A stretch of 64,000 nucleotides of DNA from Amphiscolops sp. MND2022 (Eukaryota). A model generated the notes under the pieces. The model did no database searches, was not told the origin of the DNA, and saw only the letters and a list, made by a program, of their open reading frames with translations. The stretch is from contig OZ076409.1 of assembly GCA_964187785.1 (NCBI GenBank), positions 63,180,001 through 63,244,000 of the forward strand. Reading direction: 5' to 3'. Made by a program: the position numbers and the translations under genes. Below, piece after piece: positions 37,589-49,429 of this stretch; position 1 is the stretch's first letter; every line of letters starts with the position of its first letter.

Positions 37589-40324
37589 GTAAGTAAAAGT
37601 TTCCTTATGTTCTCATCAAAAGTTTCACGGTCAATAATTACCAGAAGCTACAAGAAGGAGATAATCTTTCTTATTTATTTCAAGTTTCTTATGCTGTCCA
37701 TGAACCTCACAGGGGGAAGAGAAACTGCTTCTCATAGAAAGATTTCATTTTAGCTGCTCAACTTTATTCAGATTATGAAGCGGTTTTAAAACATTTTTTA
37801 AAAAAAAACAAAAGTGATTCTGGTACTATGATAGCAAAACAATAATTGTTGATCGCTTTTAATGAAAGACATTCCGAGAAAACGTTAAAAGGAGACCCTT
37901 TGACCCCATCCCGCTTTCATATGATTTCAAAAGATCATCGAGGTTGAGCCTGTTTGATCCAGGTTGATCCAAAGGAGCCATCTTTCAAGGAGCCAAGGTC
38001 TTTCAGAGGAGTCAATCTTCATTCAAAAAATTTTGCAAAAGTTTTTCATTCAAAAGTTTTCATTCATTTTGCAAAATTTTCATTCAAAAGTTTTTCTTTA
38101 ATTGAATAACTGAAAATAAAAAATATCTTCGATGTCAGGTTTTTCATCTGGACGAAAAAATTGTCACTAGTTAATCAGTAGTTTTTTAAGGACAGAGAAA
38201 CGAATTTTTTATCAGTGAAAATAAAACGGCTTAAAAAAACTACTGCCGCTTCTCGGTTGAATCATGGACTAAATGCGACCAATAGCCATTACAAAGTGTG
38301 GATTTCTCAGTTACAGGTAGACTCTGTTGGAAAAATTGTGAGATCGAAACGAAACGAAAGAGAAAACGGAAATTTATTCAATCATTGATGAAACTTTTGG
38401 CGTTTGTCAAACTAACATCATTGAACTCCGAGGCCGTTGTTAAAAACAGCAACTCATTAAAAATAATCATATCTTGATTGACGTGATAATTTTCTGAAGT
38501 TGCTTGCCGTCGTGTATAATTACTAATTACTTATGGTCAATTAAAAGTCACTGTCTCTTCCAATGGTGACATTAATGGAAAAGTGTAAACAAACAACACA
38601 AAAAGTAATTAGTAGCTAAATTAGTTCTTATTTTTGCTGAAAACCAAGTGTTTTTGAACGTAACACGCCAAAGATTCTTCGATTTTTTGCCGGAGTACTA
38701 ACAAGAAATAAAAGAGCAGCAGAATGAGCACAATTATTCCAGTGCACAAATTAAATGAGCACCGAATGAGGCAACAGAATGAGCCATGAATGGCAATATG
38801 GGAAGATTTTTCCTTCGGAGAAATTATTACTGTAACAATATAATGGCTTTTTCTCAAGCTTTTAGGCATGTTTTCAAACCTCTAAATATTTTTGATACCA
38901 AACTGTTTCCTCAAATCATTAACTTAATCATATGAGCTGTTTCTTCGGGCGAGTTTTAGTTGAGGTCTTCTGCCAATAATAGAAGTAATTTTTTTTTACT
39001 CCGAAGGTTTTTTTGAAAGTCACCAATAGGTACTTGATTGTTCAAAAATTCTCAGAACATGTTGTTGGAACCTAGAAAACTGTGTAGTGAAGTGTTTTAA
39101 TATTGACTTCATTAAGTAGCATTAGGCTATTTATATCAAATAATTTCGTAGGCTTCTACGGAAAATTAGAATAAAGTGGCAATTTCCTAGGACATTCTTC
39201 ACATCTCATCAATTTTTCATGACTGAAATTCACGCAATTTCAAGTATGCATTAGTGTTAGGATAACGATTTTATAGCAACGAGTTTAGAATACATGAGCT
39301 AAAATCATGTTTCACAAATTGTCTTATACTATTTCTGCACGTTTTGAGGAACATGATGCTTGTACAACGTTCTCGCGTACAGTTAATCTTTTCAATGCAA
39401 AAATCCCAGTCTAAATGTTAAATTCAGATCTTTTAGTTGGCTCATCAGTTTCGGAAATCTATCATGCGTCATTTTTCAATAAAACGCTTCGGTCTGTGAA
39501 AGTTTTCAGAATATATTTTCTCAAGCTTTACGGATGGAAATTAAAAGGAGCAACGCTAAAATGCAGTTCAAATGCTGCTGGGTAAGAAAGACGTTTTTCT
39601 TTGTGATAAAGAGAAAACAAGACGCCCGCTGACCTTCGGGATATCTTCCGCTCCAAACTGTTCCACAAAGACATATTTTCGAACCTCGAAAGTAGCCTAT
39701 GCACTATAAAAAATACACTATGAACAATAGCAAAGAATTTCAATTTTTTTATTGTTGAACTATGTGGATACCAGTACATAACCTGCCAAAGTTTTATATT
39801 TTTGCACAAAACATCCCCAAAAATGTTGAAAATTGGAAAATTTTGAATTTTTGACACCTTCGGGGTCATTTTGAGGCATTTTTCTGACAAAAAACCATAT
39901 GTATCTTCCAGAAAGCCTACTGAATACCGGGTTCAGTCGTTATTGAATGTTTACACCATTCTAACCCACGAAACAGCTGAAAAATGTTAGCCTGAAAAAT
40001 GTTAACCCACAAAACAGCTGGAGAGCTAATTGTGTCGCCTGGAGCATGCTGAAAAATAAAGCTTTGACAAAAAAGTCGAAAAACTACATATTATTTCGAG
40101 GCAGTTTTTAAAAGATTTTTTGCAGATTAATTTTTTCTACTTCGGATTAACTTTACAGGAAGCTACATTCTTCAATCCTGAGCCTATGGAATTTAATATT
40201 CGAAACAATTCGGCTACTTGTGGTCAAACGGAAATGCGGCTATTCGTGGTCAAATATTTTTGTAATCAAACTCACTGCCTCGTCCAATAGTAAAAACAAC
40301 CCATTGGTTCATTTTTTAACAACC

Positions 40325-40568
40325 CATCATTATATGCTCTTTCAACTTCTGTGCTCAAATAACAGTGCTCATTCTGCTGCTTGTATATTCCTTGTTGCTA
40401 CTCCGGTAAAAAGTCGGAGTAGGTTAAAGAAAAACTCGGTGAAAACCCCGAACATAATACGCCAACTATTGTTCCATTTTTTTACCGTGCGTACCAACAA
40501 GAAATAAACAAGCAGCAGAATGAGCACTGTTATTCGAGCACAGAAGTTGAAAGAGCATAGAATAATGC
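40325..40568. repeat. Inverted repeat with ~90-bp arms; one arm recurs near 38690-38770
   Basis: TGCTCTTTCAACTTCTGTGCTCAAATAACAGTGCTCATTCTGCTGCTTG versus CAAGCAGCAGAATGAGCACTGTTATTCGAGCACAGAAGTTGAAAGAGCA. Confidence 0.8.
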
Positions 40569-42423
40569 AAGCTATCAATTTCAAGTGAAATATTCATGGA
40601 AATCCATGACAACGTGGGGTGTTTTTCTCTCGTAGAAATTGTTACTGTAACATATGTAATTGTTTCGTTCTCGAGTTTCTAGAGCAAGTTTTCATTTTTC
40701 TAAAAACTTAAGATACCGAACGGTTTCATTACATACTTTTTGAGACGCATTTTTTATATACAAAACTTCAAATTTTTACCGAAATCCCGGCAGGTAACTC
40801 GTCCGTTCCTTGTTGAAGGTTTTTGAAAATCTAAACCACGAAACAATTCTCTAAATTTGGATTGTTTTTGGATTTTGGACAATTTTTGACAATCTGAAAT
40901 ATTGCTAAACCTAGAAAACCGCCATATTTTTCTTTGAAAGCCGTACCGTTTAGCTAGTTAGCTGGTCTAGAGTTTTTCGAACCTTTCATTTTTTACAAAA
41001 TTTTTCAAAAAATTAGTTAAAAAAGTCAATTATTGGGAAAATTTGTATTTTGTGACCTAGCTGTCAAATTGAGGCATTTCTGACATACGTTTGCTGGTAT
41101 CTCTTCAAAAAAGCATGTATAACAAGTGTAATCGTTGTTGAACGCTTTCAACATACTAAATAAAAACGGTTTCAAAAATTTCACATATTTTGCATAAAAA
41201 CGTAAAAATGTGGAAAATTTTTGATTTTTCGACTCATTTTGGAGTCATTCTAACGTGTTTGGGAAGCAATCGCCACGACTTTCCCTTCACAAAATGCGTA
41301 TATTTTGAACGTTTGATCCTTCTTATTAATCACATCTTGTGGAAAGTATACACAAATTACTTGGTAAACGAGACATTTTGGATTTTTGGCAATATCTTGG
41401 TTTCAGCGAGAATTAAGATTTTCTATTACAAAACTGCATATCTTTCCATAAAAGCCTACTGAACAACGAATTCTTTCCTTGTTGAACGTTTTTGACATTC
41501 TCATCCACAAAATCTATCAAAACGTTGACAAAAATGAATAAAAATTGTACAAGACGCCCGCTTATCATATGGATATTTTCCGATAAAATGTAACGCTTCA
41601 GCCCGGGTTCGAACCCATGACTTCGTGCCTGGCAGACACATGTACTAGCAACAGCGCCATGGCACTATTTTAATTACTTGACTTTTATATAGTTACTAGT
41701 AAAATAGTCAAGTACCTAAAAAAAGCGAGTAACTAAATGGAGTGGAGATTTGGCAGAATTTGAAAATAAGCAACACAGATCATGATTTTCCTCCCCCATT
41801 TATGTGGGCGGAAAATGAAAAAAGCATAAAAACGATAATGCAAAAAACTCTAAAATTGTATCAATTTTGGTCTTTCTTGGATCATTTTGGTAATACCCAA
41901 AAAAGTCCAGAAATGTCTACTACTACTACATGTTCCATGAAACCAAATTTACATCTTTTGAATTCTATGTGCCACACCCTTCAACTTGGAAACAAATTTG
42001 GAACATGGCGAGTTTGGGAAAATAAAGCTTGATTTAAATATCTCACTGATGTTCTGCATTATAAGGCACGAGATATAAGTCGTGTTTTTGTTGGCCATTT
42101 CTGTATGATTGATCTGAAGTCAAAGTTTTTAAATTCAATTTTTCAAGTATAAAAGGCTGCGAAGTTTCAGAAACGGCTTTTAAAGAAAATATCGGGAAAT
42201 TTCGCTATTCAATATTTGTTAACAAATCGAATGGAGATTCGGAAAGTTATATCACTTTGTCTTGGGGAATTTTTAGAATTTTTCGAACTTCACTATGCGT
42301 TATCTCCTACTGATCGGAGGAAAAATCCCCCATAATCATTTTTGTACCCTTGCACTGTTATTAGACTTTTTTAGTAAACTTTTCGGAGTAAAAATTGAAG
42401 AACATTTCATGATCCTTTTGCGG

Positions 42424-42951
42424 GAGACGGAAATTTCATCGCCAGAAACTTCGTCGTCAGAAGTTTTTTCATAATGGTTAGAACTAACAGCGTTCACGAA
42501 AAGCTATGGATTTAATTATTCAATTCAATTATTAAATTTGACATCAGCATCGAGGCAAAAAGCTACTTGCAGTCAATCAACACATCAAAACGCTAATTGA
42601 ACGGCGTATTTTCAGTGCTGAACTATTATACCAACATATACTTAAGAAACTATTCCAAATTTGCCCAAAAGATTTGAAAATCCGTAGAAGTATTGCGTTT
42701 AAAAAATCTGTGTTAATGGACAATTTTTTTGAATAAAATTTTGTTATTGTAGTTTTGTTGTCGAAACCACAATTGATAGTGGTCAATGATTATTTCACAA
42801 GTCACGATATTTTTTAAATGAATAGATTCAATAAAAATTGACTCAAGTACGACTGACATAGATGAACTAAAATGCAGCAAAGTTTACAGAACGTAATTAC
42901 AGATGCTGAAAATTCCGACGACAATTTCCGACGACAAAATTTCTGGCAATC
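42424..42951. mobile_element. Possible Mutator-like MITE
   Basis: Flanking 9-mers CTTTTGCGG / ATTTTGCGG and inverted subterminal TCGTCG / CGACGA motifs. Confidence 0.4.
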
Positions 42952-43039
42952 ATTTTGCGGTGTAAATTCGTAAGGAGAGCCTTTCCGAGAAAAGATTCAA
43001 GTCAAAAAAAAGATATCTGATTCAAAAATACTAAGTTTG

Positions 43040-43227
43040 TGTGACATGACGTCATATTATGTACTTTTTTACATACGTGCTAAAAATAGTAGTACTGCCA
43101 ATTTAGTACCAGTCAATAGTACTACCATCTAACATACATATGCTGACCTATTCACTTAACCGTTATTCTTTGATACAGAATAGAAGCTTCAGAATTACAT
43201 TCTTTTCATACTTATTTGTGAGATACA
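43040..43227 (+). repeat. 5' LTR
   Basis: TG..CA, 188 bp, direct repeat of 48771-48958. Confidence 0.95.
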
Positions 43228-43243
43228 TGGCGCAGTAAGCCAG

Positions 43244-44443
43244 ATGGAGAGTCAAAAATCATCAGAAAGCACAAGCTCATCAAGTGGGGAAATCCCCGAA
43301 AGAGCAAATGCAAAAACAGAAAAAACTCATCAAAAAATTACGTTACCAACGTTCGAGAAACGGGGAATACAAGAGGCAAAATTATGGTGGAGAAGATTTA
43401 CCCAGTACATAAAGATGACCCAAAACATCGACCTCAATGAAATGACAACAGATCGTGAAATATTGCCGAACTACAGAGACGATCTGGAACACCGGATCAA
43501 AGATTTATTTATATGGGCACTGGGCGAGTCAGCGATAACGGAAATGACAAGAACCGTTAGAGATAATGATCCAAATAAAATGGACAATAACCAACTGTAT
43601 TCACTGTTCCGGTTACACTTCATACCGGAACGAAACAAATTTCACAGCAGAGCGGATTTCTTCGGGATAACTAGAGAAAAACATGAAACAGCAGAAGATG
43701 TGTGGATCAGAATATTACAAGTGGAAAAGAATTGCGAGTTCGAGAATGTGACACCAGCCGAACTAATAGCCTCAAAATTTCTCTCTGTAATCGGACGGTC
43801 AACTGGAGACTACGAAATAAAGAAGAAAATTCAAAAGAGTGACATGACTATAGAAACCATAACAGCATTAATACACGAGCACATGTACGACCGATTGAAC
43901 GAATCGAACAATTCAAACGACGGAAAGGAAAATAAACATGTGCAGGAACGGCCATACAAAAGAAAGTGGACAGATAAAACCGATCAAGATAAATTGAAAA
44001 GACGACCGGAAAATCAAAAATATAAACAAAGAGATAACCGATGCGGACAATGTGGCGCACCAAACTGGACGAGACAACACATATGCCCGGCGAAAATGGC
44101 AGAATGCAGAAGTTGTAAAAGAAGAGGACACTATGAAGAAATGTGCAGATCCACGAAAAGAGTTCAATACATCGAAAAAACAACTTCATCAGCAGAAGAA
44201 GACAACTCTGATTTTAATAGAATCCAAAGAATAAACGATAAAGAACAGAAGAAAGATTTCTACAACGCAACACTATTGGTCAACAACGTACCAATAAAAT
44301 TCATCATAGACAGCGCCTCACCAGTAACACTAATTCCAGAGTGTTTATTCAACGACATAACCACAATTAAACCACTCAAGACTACTTACAAAGATGTAAA
44401 CAATAAAGGATTGAATTTACTGGACAAACAAACGCACTGGTGA
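43244..44443 (+). CDS. gag: Gag plus start of protease (frameshifted at the 3' end)
   Basis: 399-aa ORF with paired knuckles CGQCG..HICPA..CRSCKRRGHYEEMC and an FIIDSAS protease-like motif. Confidence 0.88.
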   Translation: MESQKSSESTSSSSGEIPERANAKTEKTHQKITLPTFEKRGIQEAKLWWRRFTQYIKMTQNIDLNEMTTDREILPNYRDDLEHRIKDLFIWALGESAITEMTRTVRDNDPNKMDNNQLYSLFRLHFIPERNKFHSRADFFGITREKHETAEDVWIRILQVEKNCEFENVTPAELIASKFLSVIGRSTGDYEIKKKIQKSDMTIETITALIHEHMYDRLNESNNSNDGKENKHVQERPYKRKWTDKTDQDKLKRRPENQKYKQRDNRCGQCGAPNWTRQHICPAKMAECRSCKRRGHYEEMCRSTKRVQYIEKTTSSAEEDNSDFNRIQRINDKEQKKDFYNATLLVNNVPIKFIIDSASPVTLIPECLFNDITTIKPLKTTYKDVNNKGLNLLDKQTHW

Positions 44444-47400
44444 AAACAAACAAAGAGACAATTGAATTACCACTACTAATTACAAAAGTAAAAACATCAC
44501 CATAGATGGGACTGGACTGGATGCAACGGTTAAAAATCAAATCAACCTGAGTTCAAATAACGAAGCAATCTAAATCCACAATATAAAACTAGACAACAAT
44601 GACAAGAAAATGATAAAACTCCAGAACGACTTCAAAGATTTATTTTACAACAGCAAAGAGATAAAGAATCTCTCAGTCAAAATACAATTGAAAGAAGGGG
44701 CACAAATAATACAACAAAAAGGAAGACCTATTCCAATACACCTACAAGACCAAGTGGCACTAGAACTAGAGCGACTTATCAAACACGGATACTTAGAAAG
44801 AGCAACGGAAATTACCGAAGATTGTTTTGTGAGCCCCGCAGTGATTACAGTGAAAAAAGACAAATCAATAAAAATTGCTCTCGACTCCAGAAAACTCAAC
44901 GAAGTTACAATAAAAAGAAAAGCTCAGATGCCAAATATGAAAGAGCTAATTTCACGGATATCAAGAAAGATATCCGAAGGAAAAAAGGCGAAAATTTGGC
45001 AACAAAATTAGATTTCGACTACGCGTATGGTCAGATTATTGAACTCGACGAAAATACAAAAAACCTTTGTATGTTCACCGTAACAGGAGGGGATTTTACT
45101 GGATACTATCGTTTCTTGAAAGGATTTTACGGATTGGCCGATATACCAACAATTTTTCATGAACGGATAGACACGACACTTGAACACAAACACCCGGCAT
45201 GGTGAGACGATATCATTATAGTCACCAAAGGAAGCATTGACGAACACGAAACGGAAAATCGGGAGACAATGAAGAAATTGGAACAAGCCGGCTATAGACT
45301 AAACCCAAAAAAGTGCGAATTCTTCAGAAAAGAAATCGAATTGGTCGGACACAAAATTGACCAACAAGGAAAACGACCACTACAAGATAAACTAGAAGCC
45401 ATTACAAAAATCAACATACCAAAAAACGGGAAAGAATTAAAATCATTCCTGGGAGCAATACAATACTTATCGAAGTACATCGAAAACCTGTCAGCAAACT
45501 CAGATGTACTGAGAAAATTATTGAAAAAACAAAACGAATGGATCTGGACAGATGAACACACAAAAGCATTCAACAAATTAAAAGGAGGTATAACCAAAAT
45601 ACCATGCCTGGCACATTATAACGCACAAAAAGAAAATATAATCACCACAGATGCCAGTACAAAAGGCCTGGGGGCAACGTTATGGTTAACAAAAAGATGG
45701 AAATCTAAAACCAGTCGGGTTCGCAAGCAGATATTTATCGGACACAGAAAGGAAATATGCGATAAATGAATTAGAACTACTGGCAGTAGTGTGGGAATTG
45801 GAACACTTTCGACTATACATATACGGAAAGCCAATAGAACTATTAACAGACCACCAAGCGTTGGAACCATTAAATAAAAGAAATCAAACGAACAAAACAT
45901 ATAGTGCAAGACTAAGAAGATGGTTAGACCGCTTGTCTCTTTTCGATATAAACATCAAAGATTTCGCCGGAAAACACAGCACTAACCGGTTATCTGAGCA
46001 GAAATCCAATTTCAAAACCAGAACCGATCGAAAATTACGACGAAGCGTATGTAATTAATTGCATAATGCATTTACTTGGGTTCATCAACAATTATGGCAG
46101 CGTCGCCAGTCAAAAAAAATTAGAAGCGCGAACGGACCAATACGAACAGCGTGAACAAACCATCAACCAATCAGAGCGAAGCAGACCAAACAAACCGAAG
46201 CCAAAAGAGAACAAAGCAAACAAACGCAGTTCATCGCTACCACACTCAAATACAGTTGATACAAATAAACTCAATACCATTCAAACCGTTCAAGAAATAA
46301 CAATGGACATCCGACGAATCGAATAAATCGAAAAAGAAGACCATTCAGAAGAAACACTAAACTTGACGAAACGCTGGAGAGAACTAGTTAAACCTGGAGA
46401 ATACAAAATATCAAACGGAGTTTGGAAAAAATAAAACCCGCCAAGACACCACAGAGCAGAAATAAAACGGATAGAAACGATTCTGAACCAACGAAGAAAC
46501 AGAATGCTCTGGGACCGCATGGAAGAACAAGATGGAGAAGCAGAAGAAGAAACCAAACGAAGAAATGAGCTGTACCGGGTTATTGAAAAAATCCGAAACC
46601 TGCCACAAAAACACGAAAAGAACTAGAAACAAGCAGTGAAACACAAGAACAAGAAGATTCGCCAGAAGTAGAAACAGAATCAACAAGTTCAATTGAATCC
46701 CTGGGCGTTCCCGCAATAAATTTCAAAAAATACATCGGAGCAACGGGTGTCCGATACATTCAAATGGGACAAGCCAGTCACATACAAGAAGAAAAAAAAA
46801 CAAATGGGATTTAGAAGAAACAATCAGACAAGCGGAGCAGAAATTCGCAACCGACCTGAGAACAATCGCTAAAGAAACAACCGATGACGAGAAACTACTA
46901 AAAACATTAGTATGTCTCGAACGAAGAACATTAGAACAAATCCCAGAAGAATACAAAGCCTAGAGACAACTATCAACGAGATTCGGTGTGGTATTTTACG
47001 ACGACCGAATTATCATTCCAAAATCACTCAGGACAACCATTATAATGTTATTACACAAAGAACACGCGGCCATAAATAAAATGACAGCGGCAGCTAAACC
47101 GTTCTGGTGGCCACGACTGGTACGGGACATACAGCAAAAATGCGACGAGTGCATCCCGTGTAAAAATGGCAGGTAAGAACAATAAACCACAATTACCAAT
47201 GACCAAAATTACTTACTTACCACCGGCAGAAAAAACCAACCAAGAAATCCAATTGGATTTCATTGGACCAATAAAGTTTAAACACCGGAGATTTTACATA
47301 TTGCTCTCAATAGACCGGTATAGCAGATGGCCGGCGGCATATATTTGTGAAGCACCAACAGGAAAGACAGCAAAAAACTTTTTGGAACAATACATAACAC

Positions 47401-48485
47401 TAAATGGTTTACCACAAACCACAAGAACAGATAAAGGCACGGCCTTCACCGGAAAGTAATTTAGAGATTTTTGTAAATCACTAAACATAAAATTTATTTA
47501 CGGAACACCGTATATCCATACCCCTACCGGTTTGGTAGAAAGAGGAATCAAAACACTGAAAGAGTACCTACGAACAAATCTCGAAGAAGGTTACGTACTA
47601 AACGAGGCATTAAGCCGTTCATTAAATGTAATGAGAATGACGGTCCATTCAAGCATAAAAGAAACACCATTCGAAGGCCACTACGGCAGAAAGCCACGAA
47701 CGGAAATTCATAATTACTTGATTGTGTCACCTAATAATCAAAACAATGTTTCAGCAAGACCAGAGACGCTGCAAGTGTATTCATTTACCAACGGAAATGG
47801 AACATACGATCAACTGGAAATGAAAACCCCGAGAAAACTAAAGAAGACGTGAGTAACAAATTCCCTTACCTCTTTCTCGAAGGAAAACAAAAAAGAGACA
47901 AATTTGAAAGTATGTACGAAAACAAACCACAAATGGCCATAGCCGGAACAAAACATACCATAATAACGGACACGAACAAAATAATACATAGAAAAAGAGC
48001 AAGAAAAACCATTAAACCAAATATTTCAGAATCCCCTATCCCGACGAGGAGAAAACCCGAGGGGAAAAGATGGAAGGTTCACAACGATCGAACAACAGGA
48101 GGAAAACATCAATACAGCGGAACACTCAGAAAGATGCAGCACACCGGTGCTAGAACAAAACGTGTTAAACAACACACTGACCCCAATGACTCCAGAACTA
48201 GACTGGGAAAACACAAATATCAGTCCAGTGTACGGCAGAGGACGAAAGAAGTTAATCAGAGACAGAAAGAACACACCAACACCTGGAACAACAATCAATG
48301 CAAGACCAACAACAGAAGACGATCCGAACGTAATCACAGTGGTAGATCAAAACGGTAATACCGATTTAACAAAGTCCGAAAACATTGAATCAAATGAAAA
48401 CCAAAACGAACAAAATATACGAAAGTCAACTAGACTAAGAATCACTAATCCAATAAATAGAGATGGCAATCCAATCACATTCTGA
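44444..48485 (+). pseudogene. pol: pol remnants: RT, RNase H, integrase
   Basis: IKIALDSRKLN, KLDFDYAYGQ, W*DDIII, TTDASTKGLGA, LTDHQAL, H..H..FWWP..CDEC, QLDFIGP, TDKG and VERGIKTLK, spread over many frames. Confidence 0.92.
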
Positions 48486-48770
48486 CTATTACAGGTAACA
48501 CCGTTAACAAATGGAACGCAAACGACAGCCAGTAAAAGAAGCAAGAAACAACGACCGGAAGGAGTAAAATCAGAAGAAAGAAGAAAACCGATAAAAGAAG
48601 AAGAAGAAGAGGATTGTACAGTGGAAACCGTACCTAAAATAGAAACAAACATTTTGACCATTCGGTGCTATATTTACCGTTTGAAATTTGAGTTTAATTT
48701 TGAGTTCATCTTTGTTATATTTATTTATAGTTACACTGTATGTACACTTACATCCCGAAGGAAGGGGGAA

Positions 48771-48961
48771 TGTGACATGACGTCATATTATGTACTTCTT
48801 TACATACGTGCTAAAAATAGTAGTGCTGACAATTTAGTACCAGTCAATAGTACTACCATCTAACATACATATGCTGACCTATTCACTTAACCGTTATACT
48901 TTGATACAGAATAGAAGCTTCAGCATTACATTCTTTTCATACTTATTTGTGAGATACAACA
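48771..48961 (+). repeat. 3' LTR
   Basis: Follows the PPT and ends GATACAACA, followed by the TSD GTTTG. Confidence 0.95.
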
Positions 48962-49334
48962 GTTTGTTTCGGGCGTGTTTTTGTTACGAACGACTGTTTT
49001 GAAGATTTTGAATATTAAATTTTTGAAGAAATTGCATGAAAAATTTCGGGAAAGAGGGTTATATCTTCGAAAGTTTTGTAAATTGTTACTGGCGTGGACC
49101 AAATGCGCAATAATCTTCTCAAGCTGTCTCGAGCGCCCGTTTATCCCCCTCTCACAGAGTTTCCTCACCTCTATATTGAAATACCAAAACCCCATATTGT
49201 AACAGTTCTCGAACTCTGTTTTATGCCTTCAGTTTGAAACTTTTGTTGTTTTCAGCAGTGTTTATGAGTGAAGTGATGAATAAAAACAAGACGTTTTTCT
49301 TGAAAGTAAAAGGTGTATTTTTTGTTTACAACAG

Positions 49335-49429
49335 ACCGAAAGTGGGAGACAATTGGGCTGGTCACGGAAGTTTACGAGAACAACACTGTATGCAAGTCTT
49401 CGCATCTTACGAGCTTCACTATTCTCAAG
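49335..49429 (+). CDS. Adhesion GPCR exon: GPS cleavage site and start of the Stachel
   Basis: ACAG| and |GTAAGA; phase 1-0; (N)RKWETIGLVTEVYENNTVCKSSHL|TSFTILK. Confidence 0.9.

Larger units (their letters stand above)
43040..48961 (+). mobile_element. Full-length decayed Ty3/Gypsy LTR retrotransposon (Mag-like)
   Basis: LTRs at 43040-43227 and 48771-48961 differ by 5 substitutions and a terminal ACA. TSD GTTTG at 43035-43039 and 48962-48966. PBS TGGCGCAGT at 43228 (tRNA-Ser-like). PPT GAAGGAAGGGGGAA at 48757-48770. Confidence 0.96.

Noticed and set aside
41598..41670. Functional tRNA gene
   Set aside because: A B box is present, but I could not build a convincing acceptor stem and D-arm.
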